A stretch of DNA of 64,000 nucleotides from Felis catus (lineage: Eukaryota). The notes under the pieces are model-generated. The model had not been told where the DNA came from and searched no databases. It saw only the letters and a program-made list of their open reading frames with translations. The position numbers and the translations under genes were made by a program. Position 1 is the stretch's first letter; each line of letters opens with the position of its first letter. Shown piece by piece: positions 12,284-25,332 of this stretch. The stretch spans positions 232,254,001-232,318,000 of the forward strand of contig NC_058368.1 of the NCBI RefSeq assembly GCF_018350175.1, given 5' to 3'.

Positions 12284-15200
12284 AGTGGGAGTGGATCACA
12301 CAAGCTGTGATTTCCAGGAGGTGAGACCATGGGGACCACAGTAGACTCTGCCCACTGCATTATCAAAATTAAGAATCCCAGGAACCAATGGGAGCTTATT
12401 ATATGGTTTTTATTATTATTTTTTACCATAAGATTTTTATTTATCGCATTTGTCTTCATCTCCGTGGGTGTGTTTGCTTAGTCCTGTGATGAGCCAAAGT
12501 ACTGCTTCTGTGAAAGTCATTCCCCTCCCCTAATGGGTTCTCTTGGCTCTCTCCTGGAGTAAAAGTTAATAGTATGGGGGAGGGGACCCAGTGTATGTGC
12601 AGTTTCTCTTGTGCCAGGAGGTTTGATTATTCCAGTATGGCCCAGCAAAGGGACGGTCACTTAGAGCAAAGCGGGGAGAACATGGTTGTAACAGGGTTCT
12701 GACTGGTTCAGGCTGTGAGAGGTTGCAGTGAGAAACTACTACAGACCAAACCAGAACAGAATGCACTTGTACCATGAAAAGATATGACAAGAAACAATAC
12801 AGTGTTGAGAATCTAGTCTATGTGGGGCTATGAAAGGCAATTCTTTTCACAGAGACTTAGGTCTGTGGAAAAATTGATGATTTATAGAGAAATATTGCCG
12901 GGTTATTAATTTAGTTTTAAATGCAAAATGAGAATGAGCAGTCATGGGAAAAATGAAAGTCTTAATTTTTAATGCATCATGAAATGCATCTGTGACTTTC
13001 AATGCTTTATGATACTAGAGATCCAGGGAGCCAGTAAAACCTCAAAAATGTTCAGCTGTTATTTGGCAAAAGCTAGCTGTGTGTAGGGGACTAGAGAAAT
13101 TAGGAACCACGGGCTGGTCCGTTGTGAGATATTTTATCCATAAATTAATAAAATTTTTTGAACAAGCAGAGTCATCAAAGCAACTAACTTCTGATCCCCG
13201 TTGCTGTTTGTGAGCAGGAAAGACACTGGAAACCCAGTGGGTGGTTTAAGAAGAGTCACTTCTGTCCGGAGCACATCTTAGTTGGGGTCAGAGGGACCCT
13301 ACTTCTTTGATGTCGCAGAGAATCCAGTGCTTGGGGCTTGTAAGGGCTTTGCCTCTGAGCAGACTCCCTTCGGGTGGATCTGTGAGTGAAAACCCAGACA
13401 AAAAGGGACAGAGCTGGCTAGCTTAGCAATCTCTATTTCCCTTCTGACCTCCCTTGCAGTGGGTGACCGGTCACCTATCCCGGTATAGCTATTTTCTCAG
13501 GACTGCCGTAACAAGAGAGAGAAAAAAGGAAGGCTCCTGGTAGACCACTTTAAAATGCGGCCAAATACATCACGTGTTGACACCGGTCAGAATTTCTATG
13601 CTACGTGGAGTTTTCTGGCTCTCCTGCGGTACATCTTCAGCTCTGCTAACATGCTGAGTGTTTTCAGAGGTGGCCCGCTCTAGGCAAATATGAGAAAGTA
13701 TTTGTGCACGCTGATGGATTTCGCCATGGGGAGATGGTAACTCCCTTGCTGTTCTTCTTATGAAAAGTCAAGTGTTTTATAAGCATATTTAGCAAGTTTT
13801 CCCTTTGCTCTCCCTATCTGTTTATTGCTTGTTTTGTGTTTGAAAGTGAAAAGGAAGGTAAGGAGCCCAGGTAGTCCATACCTTTTAAAGGCCGGTGAAT
13901 TGGCTTGGAAGTGGGAGGTGGAATTCTTCGTCTCAATATGTGCACAGTGAGAGAAGGTACTCGTGGCTGTTTTGAATCCAGCGCTGAGGGTTCTGAGGTT
14001 GTGAGTTTTCTTTTCTTCCAGACGTGTTCTTGAATGGCTCCCCACTCTTGGAACATTCCAGGTACCAACACTGATGTTAATTAATGATCACTGAGTAGCT
14101 GTGATGCTTTACTTACTGCCAGGCTGTGTGTTTGTTTGCACATGCCTCCTGAGGCCAGATTCTTCTCATCTGTTGTATCTTTTAATCTGTTGCGCCCTCA
14201 ATTTTGTTTTGGTGCTCCTACCTAGAGGTCCCACTCTCTTACTTAGAAGATTCCTTTCCTTTCTCCCCTACACATAAGAGGGTCCATGACTTCGGAAGAG
14301 GGAAACCTAACGAAAATTGAGAAGATGAGAAAGAGTGAGGACGGTTTAGTTCCACTGACTACTCTTCTCTGTGAAGAGTTTCTCTTTAGAGAAGCTAAAG
14401 CATGTACCTCATTGGTTCTTGCCTCCAGAGGCTTCTCCTGCCACGACTTACCAGCTCTCTCTGGCCGGAAGTAAGCATGCCTCCATGTTCCCACAAATGA
14501 GAGGCTGACACGTGACCGTGCTGTTTGTCTGTTTCTCTCTGTGCTCACACAGCTGCCACACCTTCACCCCACTATATCAAGCCCAAGCGTGCCCCGTCCC
14601 TCTCTGTTTCCACCACCATCTTGTTTGTCCGGCTTGGAACATGTCTCCCTTGCGCTGTTGCAATCCAGACTCTCCTGGTTGGCATTTGCTCCCACTGCTC
14701 TTCCTGCTGGTGGGCTCCTTGGAGATGAGACCCCACACTCACGCATGGAAAGCTCCTTAAATCTCAGGGAGCTCCAGGCCACCAATGGGATGAGACACCG
14801 ACCCCTGGAGACCAGTCTTCACCCTCTAACTCTGACGGTGCTGTTTTGTCTCTCAAGCTCTGTGGAACTTTTTTGATTCCTTGTAAGTAAATTTTCCAGT
14901 TCTTCCTCCCCACCCATGAAGGTAGGTGCTGCTACGTCCTGTCACCTTCTTCTGTTGTCTTCTCCCCAGTGACCTTTCTTACTTAACTCTTCCCATTTCT
15001 ATATTCCGTTCTTTCCCAGGATGTCAGCCATTGCTCACTTTGCCTCATCCTGTGGACTCCCGTCCGCTTGGCCTGGCTTTTACCTTTCGTCTGTACCTGC
15101 TTCTGAAGCCTTTACGTTCTCCATAGAGTTCTCCTGGTTTTGGTGGGAAACCAGTTGAATATCGTCAGCATCTGCTGTCAGGAAACTACACTCCCCAAAT

Positions 15201-16455
15201 GACTCTTCCTGGTTTCTGGAAACCAGCTACAACTTGTCTTTATTTCCTACCGCGAAGACCGTATTTTCTGTTGTGGCCTTGTGTCCATTTCCCTGTACTC
15301 ATCTTAGGTTGTAAACACCTGTCATGTGGAAACGCTCTTTGTAATGCCCTCTGCGTGGTGTCCTGCAGGATTAAGCATTTATTCATAACGATGGCATCAC
15401 AGGTGACTGACTTAGCCTCGCAGGTGGGAGTCTGTGCCTTGTGTCTGAATCCAGATGGGGTGGGGAGAGGGAGGTCAGAAGAGGACGTGCACGCTACTGT
15501 CCTCTAGAAGCTAAATTTCTGCTCCGTAGACGGAGTACTGAATGGAAATAGTCTTTTAAATTGCCAGATATGTGTGTGTCACAAGTTTGACCATGTTTAA
15601 AGCAATCCCTTCCACCCTGGAGGCCGTAACCTGTGGAATGCCAGGCCGTTACCTTCTTGTTTTTCATTTGTTCATTTCTTTACCTCGCTTTGCTTCATTT
15701 CACTTGTAGAACTGAGGATTTAGGAGAAATCTGACTCATCGAAGGCTAAAGAAGGCCTTGTACAATCGGCTGATAACTGACAATCTGAATGTGTATGTGA
15801 AGTAGGGAATATATAAACAGGATTTGTGAATAATAATTCAATTATCCTGGGATAACTGGTGGTTTTTTTAAAGTAAGGTCGTCTGACATCATTTTGAGAG
15901 TCTACAAATAAATTTAAAAGTACGATGACCTAAGGCATGGAGGGCATGAAGCTTCATACTAAAACCAGGCTTTAACTTCTCTTTTACTTATATTAATAGG
16001 ATTAGGAACCTTATTTGATCCCGGAATGAGAACTGAATTCCAAACACAGTGTTGCTGACTTTGTATCCATAGCCTACTTTATCTTTCCGTAGTTGTGCGT
16101 AGAAGATAAATGCCCTACCTAGATATTTTCTGTGTGTTCTCATTTTTTGGGTGTCTATTTGAAGGGTTTTGTTTTGTTTGTTTTTCCTTTAATTGGCTGC
16201 ACAGGAAGATCCATCCTGCATTGTGAGTTTAGCATCTTCTTCATTGTCTCCCGTGCATCCCATCGTCTGTGTGCACACAGCATGGCCAGCCCACATCTGC
16301 CCCCTTTATCGTGCGACCACTCCGCACACAGAAACCCCCCCACGCGGAGCATGCCCATGTGTCCGACACCCCGGTGCAGGGACGGACAGCGGAGAGACCC
16401 GTGGCTTCAGGTTGCACTGAACGGTTTCCTTCTCCTCTTGGTTTCCCCCCCACAG

Positions 16456-16603
16456 ATACTGCAATGAGCATTTGCTGTGCCCCCCACACATGTTCTGGAC
16501 AGGCTGGGGTCCTTGGGAACGGTGCACAGCCCAGTGCGGGGGCGGCATTCAAGCTCGCCGCAGGACCTGCGAGAACGGACCTGACTGCGCGGGCTGCAAT
16601 GTG
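16456..16603 (+). CDS. SEMA5A: Semaphorin-5A internal coding exon (TSP1 repeat)
   Basis: Acceptor ccccacag|A, donor GTG|gtgagt; 148 nt; YCNEHLLCPPHMFWTGWGPWERCTAQCGGGIQARRRTCENGPDCAGCNV. The coding frame is not in the ORF track; read by hand. Confidence 0.97.
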
Positions 16604-16665
16604 GTGAGTACGGTCCCCCTCATTCCCAGCCCCTGACGTGGCGCTGGGAGTCCAGAGCCAGCACC

Positions 16666-16923
16666 CGCTAGGTGCTCTGCACACACTCGAAGCGCTGCAA
16701 ACATTAGGTGTTCTGCAAACCACATGCTCTGTAAACCTCATGTCTAGGCACTGGATGGCTTGCACACATTACATGTTCCACAGGTATAACATGCTCTCAC
16801 ATACCAGATAGTCTGCAAACAGTCGATTTTCAACAGACACTAGAAGTTCTGCAAACAGGAAACGCTCTGCGAACACGACGTGCCCAGGCAGTAGATACTC
16901 TGCATGTACTAGGTGCTGTGAAT
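16666..16923. repeat. Degenerate ~18-bp minisatellite (consensus ~CACTAGATGCTCTGCAAA)
   Basis: Units such as cactcgaagcgctgcaaa, cattaggtgttctgcaaa, cactagaagttctgcaaa, cagtagatactctgcatg. Confidence 0.75.
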
Positions 16924-18192
16924 GGTGTTAATTTCTCTGGTTGATGTTTGGAGGAAATACTGGAAAGTCATAGCAGCTGGGAGGCTTCTTGAATTAAAGC
17001 TTCACTTACGGGATGAACTGCCCTGGGGTGTTTTCAGTTCTGATTTCTGAGTTATGACAAAAGCTTCAGTCTGCCTGACTCTGCCCACGATATTTCATTG
17101 GGGAAAATGGCATAAGGTCTCCACACCGACATATAGGATGCAGGATCAACCTGAGGCACTCTGAGGGCTGGGAAACTTTGTGCAGCTGTTGTCAGAGCAC
17201 AATGGTGCCGATTCAGAGGGAATACAAGACAACCTATGGTTTTGATTTTCTTCGGCCTTAGCAGGTCATATTTCCTTTAGCACTCTACATTCTCTAATAA
17301 AATCCCACTCGCGCGGGCACCTTTCCAAAGACCCATCGTTGCTTTTCTTGCGCCATGTGTAAGAACGACTGAGTGCTCAGGGCTGCTGGTTTTCCACCTC
17401 GTTCGCCCTCCCCCGGTGCTGGCACCACGGAGGGCACGTGGTGGGTGGGGATGTTCTGGGGGAGAAGTTCGGCCCCAGAAGGTCCTGTTTGGCTGATCTT
17501 TCCAGTCGTTCTTTGCATTGCTTTCCTAACCTTGGTTCATGAGGCTGAGGGACGTTATTTTGTGCTGCGGTACAACTTGTTTTGTGCCATGCAAAATCCA
17601 CACCCTGCAGATAGCCTTGGAAAATTCAGGGAGAGGAAGAGGGTATGAGCATCTTCTCAGATATGCCCGACCCAGGGAGATTTCCGTGACTGGGATTTGC
17701 GGTTAGACGCCGTCCCCTTCACACCGGCAAATATTGCAGTAACTTTGATAGGAGCGGTTACTGATTAGAGAAGCACTTCTTTCCAGGTTGGCCTGAACTA
17801 AATATTGGCCAGGAAGAATCTTAGTGCCAGTTTAAAAGGATGCATTTATTGATATTTCAAACGCTGGAACTTAAAAAATTATGTGTTAAAATGTCAAAGG
17901 AAAATCTGTGGTCACTCCCTCGTTTTAGGAAAACAATTTAAATGAGGTAGCTTTATTCTCTGCTGAAATATATCATTTCCTGTTTCTGCTGCCTCAGTTT
18001 CTGAGGCCGGGATCTCCGCTCACAAATCAGGGTTTATCTTATCAGCTGGGAAACCACAGGGAGGGATGGCCTGGAGTCCATCTTGGCTCTTTACATTCCA
18101 AAACTTTTCAATATAATGAGCTCAGTAAACGTTTCAATTCATTATCATATTGCAAATTGACTTCAGTAATCACATTTATAAAGAGCTTAAGC

Positions 18193-18410
18193 GGGGTGCC
18201 TGGGTGGCTCAGTCGGTGGAGCATCTGACTCGTGGCTCAGGCCATGATCTCACGGTTCGTGGGTTCGAGCCCCGCATCGGGCTCTGTGCTGACAGCCCGG
18301 AACCTGGAACCTGCTTGGGATTCTGTATCTCCCTCTCTCTCTGCCCCTCCCATGCTCCTGCTCTTTGTCTCTCTCTATCAAAAATAGATAAAAACATTTA
18401 AAAAATGTTT
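18193..18410 (+). mobile_element. CAN-SINE
   Basis: ggggtgcctgggtggctcag head, CT tract, A tail. Confidence 0.93.
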
Positions 18411-19171
18411 TAAAGAGTCAGACACTTAACCCCTATAATGTTATTATCTTATACTAATTATATCTGGCATGGCTATCTTTTATTTCTAAACTGTTTGGAT
18501 ACTATCTAGGAACCATAATGGTAATTATTATATCAAGTCTTACAAATTTTAACTTACCAGTTAACTTCAAGTGAATTATTGACAGGAAGCTATAATTAAA
18601 CACACTGGAGTTATTATTTAGGCATGTTATGGTAGACTGAAATCTTATAAAATGCTCGCAGGAACCCGGGATGGTGGTGCAGAGAAAGGAGAAACAGTGA
18701 TATTTACTGCATACCCGCTGACAGCCAGATGCTTTCTGTTTGTCTCTGGTTCTTTTACGATAGCCCTGCCGATGTGACTTTACTGTGGTCATGTTTGTGG
18801 GCGAGGGACATGAGACTACATAGGTAGGGGACCTGCCCGAGGGTACTGAGCCTGTCTACAGAGAGGCGGGGACCCCAGGATAAATTGTCACCTTTATGGT
18901 GGCTTCTCCCATCCCACCCGTGAGAAGTAGGCTGAGGGGTGACAGTGTCTGGGCAGTTATACCGCCAGGATTTAAGCCTACATCACTTCAGTGCCCTGAC
19001 AATTCAGAGTTGTAATTATTTCATTGAAAATAGTTAGCCAGACCACTTTAGAGTACCCATTTTGGGGTTAATTATCTTTGGCCTATTTTCATTTCATTTT
19101 TCGCCTTTTTTTGGATAATAACTAGGAACTGTAATAATCGTTAGATCGAGTCCTCATAAATCCTAATTTCA

Positions 19172-19373
19172 GGGGCGACTGCATGGCTCAGTTAGTTAAG
19201 CGTCTGACTTCAGCTCAGGTCGTGATCTCACGGTTCATGGGTTCGAGCCCCGCATCGGTCTCTGTGCCAACAGCTCCGAGCCTGGAGCCTGCTTCGGATT
19301 CTGTGTCTCCCTCTCTCTCTCTGCCCCTCCCCGCTTCAGCTCTCTCTAAAATAAATACGTAAATATTTAAAAA
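19172..19373 (+). mobile_element. CAN-SINE
   Basis: SINE body; degenerate TSD aat(c/g)ctaa(t/c)ttc. Confidence 0.92.
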
Positions 19374-21689
19374 CGAATGCTAACTTCGTCGTGTCAAATA
19401 AAGTACTGGAATGACAGTATGAGCGAGCATAGTGGAGTTGTTATTTAGGTATGTTGTGATCAGCTGACGTCCTGTGTTACATAATAAAATAAGGAACTCT
19501 TGTTGAACGCCTACTGCGTGCCATAAACGACACTAAGAGCGATGAAAATGTATTGTGTGTATTCTCCCTGTATTCCTGCGGGGCAGTTTTCGTTATTACC
19601 TCACTTGGAGGTGGGTGACTCAACTTGAGAAAGATGAGTGAACTTGGCCAGTAGCGTGTGGCTGGTGGGTTCCTGTAGCAGCATTTGAGAACGGGCCCGC
19701 TGACACACACAGAACGACAGGACTCCGTGTGCCTGATTTCTTTGCCGGATGTTAGACGATAAATGATAGGACCTTGTTTTTCTTTACTTTTATTTAGTAC
19801 AAAGCCTATCTTCAAAGAAAGAGGACCTTTTGTCCTTACGTGTCTGTTGTATCCGTCTCTGTTGATCAGCCGTGATCAGGTTCTCTCACCCGACCGTGAG
19901 AGCATCCGTGGGAGATTCCGATGACCATGGCCGTTACCTGAAGCTAAACACCTAACGCACGTCTTAATTCTATGCTGGGGCCGAAGATTACAACACACGG
20001 AAGGAAGAAAGACATGCGACGTTATGTCCTATGAATAGAATTGCTTCTCAAGTTAATGTAACTCAAAATGTCCTCAAAGGTTTTAGCAGAGGTGTGAAAG
20101 ATTAGAGCTGAAGACGGGGTCAGGTGCAACAAAGATAATTCAAAGACGGGAGCAGACTTAGCGCCTGCCAGCGCTGTATTTATTACCGAAATATCATAGA
20201 AAGCGTAAAACAATGGACCAAAAGCTGTGATTTATGCTCTCCGCAGGGAGCAGAGGAGAACATGTATTTCCTAGATACAAAAGAGCCGGCCGAAGGAGGA
20301 CCCTGAAGGTCAAGAAGAGAGGCATGAAGATCAATACACCCTGTCAAAGGGATTCTGTGAAGGTTAATCAAAGTTGATAGAACATATTGGAAATGTTTGT
20401 GCCAAATAATGGCACTACAGATAAGTTAAGGAGCAGGTGAAACCTGGCAATTGGAAGTTTAAATAGGTTGCGATCTCGGAAAATATCGGCAGTAATACCT
20501 CAGTTTTGTGTGGCACACAGGAGTTAGGAAACTGTTTTGAAAACTGTCATCTCACACTTTGGTGATTTTCCAAACGAGAACATGGGGCCCCGATAAAACG
20601 ATTTACGTACCAGAAGCCCTGCCTTTGGCCAAGCAAAGACCCCAGTCCAGGTCGTCTCAGCACTAAGGTACTGGAAAGATCCGGTTGCTGTGACCTCCTC
20701 AGAAAATCCTGGGTCAAGAACTGTGAGATTAATTGGCAGAAGTTTATCTCACCCGCCCCCCCCCCCACCCAGAAAACGAGGTAGATTGAAACAGACTTGT
20801 TAGAAAGACTCCTCTCCTCTCCACCTAAATTAATAAAATCCCCTCTAGTGCCCTGTTTATTTTTTAGTACTAGAACATCTTCACGAGAATCAGCACCTCC
20901 TTGCAAGGGCACCTGCTTCCGTTCGAATGGACAGCTCGCACGTCCCATGTCCTCTCTGCCTACAACCGACAAGAAACGTGAAGCAGGGGAAACTAACTTG
21001 TGAACAGGCACGAGTAGTTTTAAGTTTCTTCTTGCTGGTTGGTGCTTGTTAGTGTCCTTTGGGCTCGTGTTTAGCGTGTCCCCATTTCTGAACGGTGGTT
21101 ATGCGGATTCTGCCGTGGAAGACAGGCACGTTTTTATGAGAAGGTGCATGAGAGGTTTTCCCCTCGTTCCGTCATTTCTCCTTGGTTTTGGCCCCCGTGT
21201 GCTGTGTACTCCCCGTGTGGACGAGTCTGCAGGTGTTCGGACGTTGCCAGTTTACAGTGTTATGTGTGTTAAGGGGTTCCTTCACTTTGGGCCAAGATCC
21301 ATTCCCACACGTTTATTTGCTGACGCTGACTGTATCCTACAACCTCGCGCCTGGGCTCCCTGCATGGGCTGCTTATCGAGGAGTCTGGAATCTTTGCTTC
21401 CTTCCCCAAGCCCGTTGGCCCGTCTAAGGGATACCACGAGTTTTAGCTAGTTATATCAACTGGTTTTATATACAACTATATACAACTCGTACACATACAC
21501 CTAGTTTTGCCCATTGTTTATGAACATGCCATTTTATAATTCTAAAAAAAAACAATTTTCTTATATAAAATTTAATCGATAAAATTAAGTAAAATAGTTG
21601 ATTTCAGCTCAACGGAAAGCATATAGAACCTTCATAAAGAAAAACAGTATTTCCTATCCTCGTCATCCTCGTCATGACCGTGATCATTT

Positions 21690-21870
21690 CTACAGGCCAG
21701 GCATTGTTTGAACAACTTCTTAGGGATTTTATTATTTACTCCTGCCAGTGAACCAGAGATGTGGCATGATTGTTAGAATAACCATTTTATAGGTATGGAG
21801 ATATGACAGACACCAAGGGACGTGATGGCCCAGCTCCTATGAGGGGCGGCCAGATTCCCGGCCAGGCTGG
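21690..21870 (-). mobile_element. MIR remnant
   Basis: ccaggcattgtt...ttatttactcct...ccattttataggtatggaga resembles the antisense MIR core. Confidence 0.55.
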
Positions 21871-22204
21871 CTTTCGTATCAATGACCCGCATGAGTCCCA
21901 GTGGCATTCTGTAGCCTTATCTGATATTTGAAAAATAATCTGGAAGGTTAAAGTTTGAAAGCAGGTTTCCTGATGTTACCGTAAACACCCATGTGCTTAT
22001 AGAAATCTGTTTTGCCCGACTGAATTTGATAAAGTGAATCATTCAAGCTAAAGCTCAAAGAAGCCCTCCTCTATCACTTACTGAAAACAACAGATGACCC
22101 TTGGTGGCTTCTTGAGAGTGCATATAGTCCAGAGGGACTAGATTCTTAGGGGAGGACTAGATATCCAGATGCTTGGGGGAGGTGCACACTCCAATACCTA
22201 TCCT

Positions 22205-22320
22205 CCAAAACCACTGTATACAGTTGTGCAGGTTGTATACTGCATAATTTTAAGGGGGGTGTTAAAGATCATCTAAAAATGTGAGTAGTGCCCCTGTAGG
22301 ACAGTGCAAAGCCTGGGTGC
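22205..22320. mobile_element. Possible MER91-like hAT MITE remnant
   Basis: gtatacagttgtgcaggttgtatactgca with partial inverted counterpart cagtgcaaagcctg. Confidence 0.45.
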
Positions 22321-23578
22321 CGAATGTGGGACTGCAGGGACCCCAAGCCCTGACCTGAGTGCATGAAAACGACAAAGTTCTTCAAAGCCTCTGAAATACG
22401 TAGGGTGACTGCCACCTGTCGCTTTGATTTGTGTTCCGCACCATGGAGGTGGGAGCTGAGGGGGGCAAGCCTGAGCTCTGTTTAAAATAGAACTCGATCA
22501 CATAGTTTATTCTGGAGATGAATCTACAGCAACACGTGAGATGAAAGAGGGGGGCTTAGAGGGAAGAAAAGAAAAGCCATACGAGGGTTTGTTTTCAAGG
22601 TCGCTGCTGAGAAGAGTGGGGCGGAGTCCCTCCAGGATGGCTGAGAAGACTGCACAACGGCTCTCAGAAGCGGCAGGGCTCCTGAGCTCCCCTTGGCAGA
22701 GAGATGATCCGGGCTGCACACCCCCAAGCCCGGTAGTCCCCGGAGACCTCCGAGAAGACCTTAATGGGGAAAGAAAGTCACGGGAAGTGAGGCCGCGCCC
22801 TCGGTGGATGCCGCCACCATGCCTGCAGCTGGGATCATGGAATGGGGGCTACAATGTGGGCCCCAAAAGTACCCGCTACGGCTGACTTTGTGAAACCAAA
22901 TCCTGAGCATACCAGGCTAGCGGGCACGGGAATTCGAATGTGGCTGCCCACTAATTGGGGTTCAGCCCTGCCTTCCAGGGTCCTGTGGACTCTGGAACTT
23001 TCCAGACCTCAGATGGCTGTGGATGCTACTGATGGGGCAGATTCCACTTTGTTTCCCAGCAGGTGTTTTTTATCTAGCTCAGTGGTTCCCATCATGTGGA
23101 CCAGTTCTTCCCTTGGGGAAAGCTGGTAGGGGGTCCTGGGAAAGGTCTCTGCATTCCGTCAATACAAGATGCAGGAAGGGAGGCTCCTTTCCTCCTCTGG
23201 AGACTCGTGTGGGAGGAGGTGGAAGGTTTCTCCCCAGTTGCTGGCAGCCAGAGGGGGGTCACCAGGTCAGAGCAGAGGAACTGCAGTAGTGTGGCAGAGA
23301 GGCAGAGCTGGGGGCACCAGTGTGCCCGTCTGCCTTGCCCACCCCCCCCCCCCGCCACCCCCTTGCTGGGGACTGTCTGATACGTGAGATCCAAGTGCCC
23401 CATGACTTTAGCTGGCTTGAGTCAAAATCATCTTAACTGTTGTGCCTGCTCCCGCCTCTCCTCCTCCTCCTCCTGGGAAGCCCCTCAAATCCCAGATCCT
23501 CAAGGATGGAGAGGGAGGGAGGCTTCCTGCTTCTTATCCTGTTCTTAAGACCACTTCACAATATTAACAGGCATGCTC

Positions 23579-23743
23579 AGAGTGCCTGGGTGGCTCAGTC
23601 AGTTCAGTGTCCAACTTCAGCTCAGGTCACGATCTCACGGTTCGTGAGTTCAAGCCCCACATCGGGCTCTGTGCTGACAGATCAGAACCTGGAACCTGCT
23701 TTTGATTCTGTGTCTCCCTCTCTCTGCCTCTCCCCCACTCGTG

Positions 23744-23784
<41 letters not shown>

Positions 23785-23796
23785 AAAAATCTAAAA
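23579..23796 (+). mobile_element. CAN-SINE with long (CT)n
   Basis: gcctgggtggctcagtcagtt head, CT tract. Confidence 0.92.
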
Positions 23797-24738
23797 TGTT
23801 CATGTGATCCACAAAGGTTCAACAAAGGACCTTGACCTTCTTCATGAAGAAGGTCACAGCATGAAATCTTGTATTGCACTGTGCTCCTAAAATGCATTCA
23901 CTTGTATTTCCAAACATCCTTCCCCAGAGAAATGATTGATCTCCCTAGCTGAAATTTGATATTACACCTTCATTAGCATGGGAATGCAAAAATTGCTTTC
24001 TTTTGTTATGAGATAGCTCCGTGAAAGGCTTGCAAATATGAAAGATTGTCAGAGCAAAAATGCCATATTTTGTTCCAAGGGAGTTGAGCATTTGGACGAA
24101 GTTAGTATCAGTACACAAAATCAGGTGGTTTGGCGGGTGGCCACAGAAGAGTAAGTTTTCTGAAATTTAGCGCTGAAAGTTCAGTGATCGAGTTTAAGAA
24201 TGGTGCATGATGCAGATGGGGAGAAAAGAAAAATGATGGATTATAGGAATTAATCCATCAAGTCTGTTTCTAGGACGTATAAATTATCATCTACAACCCC
24301 TGGAAATGGCAATTGGTATGGAGATCTGGAGTATTTTACAAAAATGTTTTATTTATAGTGTTGGGAGAGTCTGTTGCACAGATTTCTTTGACTTTCCAAA
24401 AAAAATCGGGTTTGTCTCCGCCTATAATAATTCAAATGCAGTGATTGCAAAGTTAATTGGAAGGAGAGGCTTTAGGAATAGAGATTTTCTGCTGTAGAAG
24501 GGATTTAGATAAAGGAGACACACACATACATATTTTTTTTTTCTTTACAGTTTGCCAGTGAATTCTGTGATAAAGATTTTCCAATGCCTGACGTTAAGAT
24601 ACTTAGTTTACATATGGAAACAACGTCCTGGTCCCAGTCCTAAGAATTTCCATTAAATGGCCATGGGTCCAAAGGTCTTTTATAGGTCTGTGTGAATACG
24701 CACTCCATCCAGAACAAACAGACATTAAAAGGCGTAGC

Positions 24739-24951
24739 GGGGCGCCTGGGTGGCTTGGTCAGTTAAGCATCCGACTTCCGCTCAGGTCACGATCTCGTGG
24801 TCCGTGAGTTTGAGCCCCGCGTCGGGCTCTGTGCTGACAGCTCAGAGCCTGGAGCCTGCTTCAGATTCTGGGTCTCCCTCTCTCTCTGCCCCTCCCGTGT
24901 TCATGCTCTGTCTCTCTCTGTCTCAAAAATAAATAAACGTTAAAAAAAATA

Positions 24952-24991
<40 letters not shown>
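24739..24991 (+). mobile_element. CAN-SINE with ~(TAAA)11 tail
   Basis: Perfect TSD taaaaggcgtag at 24726 and 24992. Confidence 0.95.
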
Positions 24992-24994
<3 letters not shown>

Positions 24995-25092
24995 AAGGCG
25001 TAGTAATTCTCAGCTATAGGAAACCCAGGTCTCCGTTGTAAATGATGCCAGATTTGTAACTGCTACCAAACGAGTAATTAAATGTGACTGTA

Positions 25093-25260
25093 GAGACGCC
25101 TGGGTCGCTCAGTGGGTTAAATGTCTGACTTCAGCTCAGGTCACGATCTCTCAGTTCATGGGTCGGAACCCCGTGTCGGGCTCTGTGCTGACAGCTCAGA
25201 GCCTGGAGCCTGCTTCGGATTCTGTGTCTCCCTCTGTCTCTGGCCCTCCCCCACTCGAGC

Positions 25261-25293
<33 letters not shown>

Positions 25294-25332
25294 GTCTCTC
25301 GCTCTCAAAAATAAATAAGCATTAAAAAAAAT
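25093..25332 (+). mobile_element. CAN-SINE
   Basis: SINE body; TSD atgtgact(g/a)ta. Confidence 0.93.

Larger units (their letters stand above)
9948..12358 (-). mobile_element. ERVL-MaLR (MLT1-type) proviral remnant: LTR ~9948-10440, internal sequence to ~11640, second partial LTR ~12050-12358
   Basis: MLT1 hallmark tgtattagtttcc...gtggcttaaaacaacacacatttatt; both LTRs share 'ttgccatattc.gttggttag.ag.aagtcacaga'. Confidence 0.8.

Noticed and set aside
16666..16923. CRISPR-like array
   Set aside because: Units are adjacent and degenerate, with no unique spacers.
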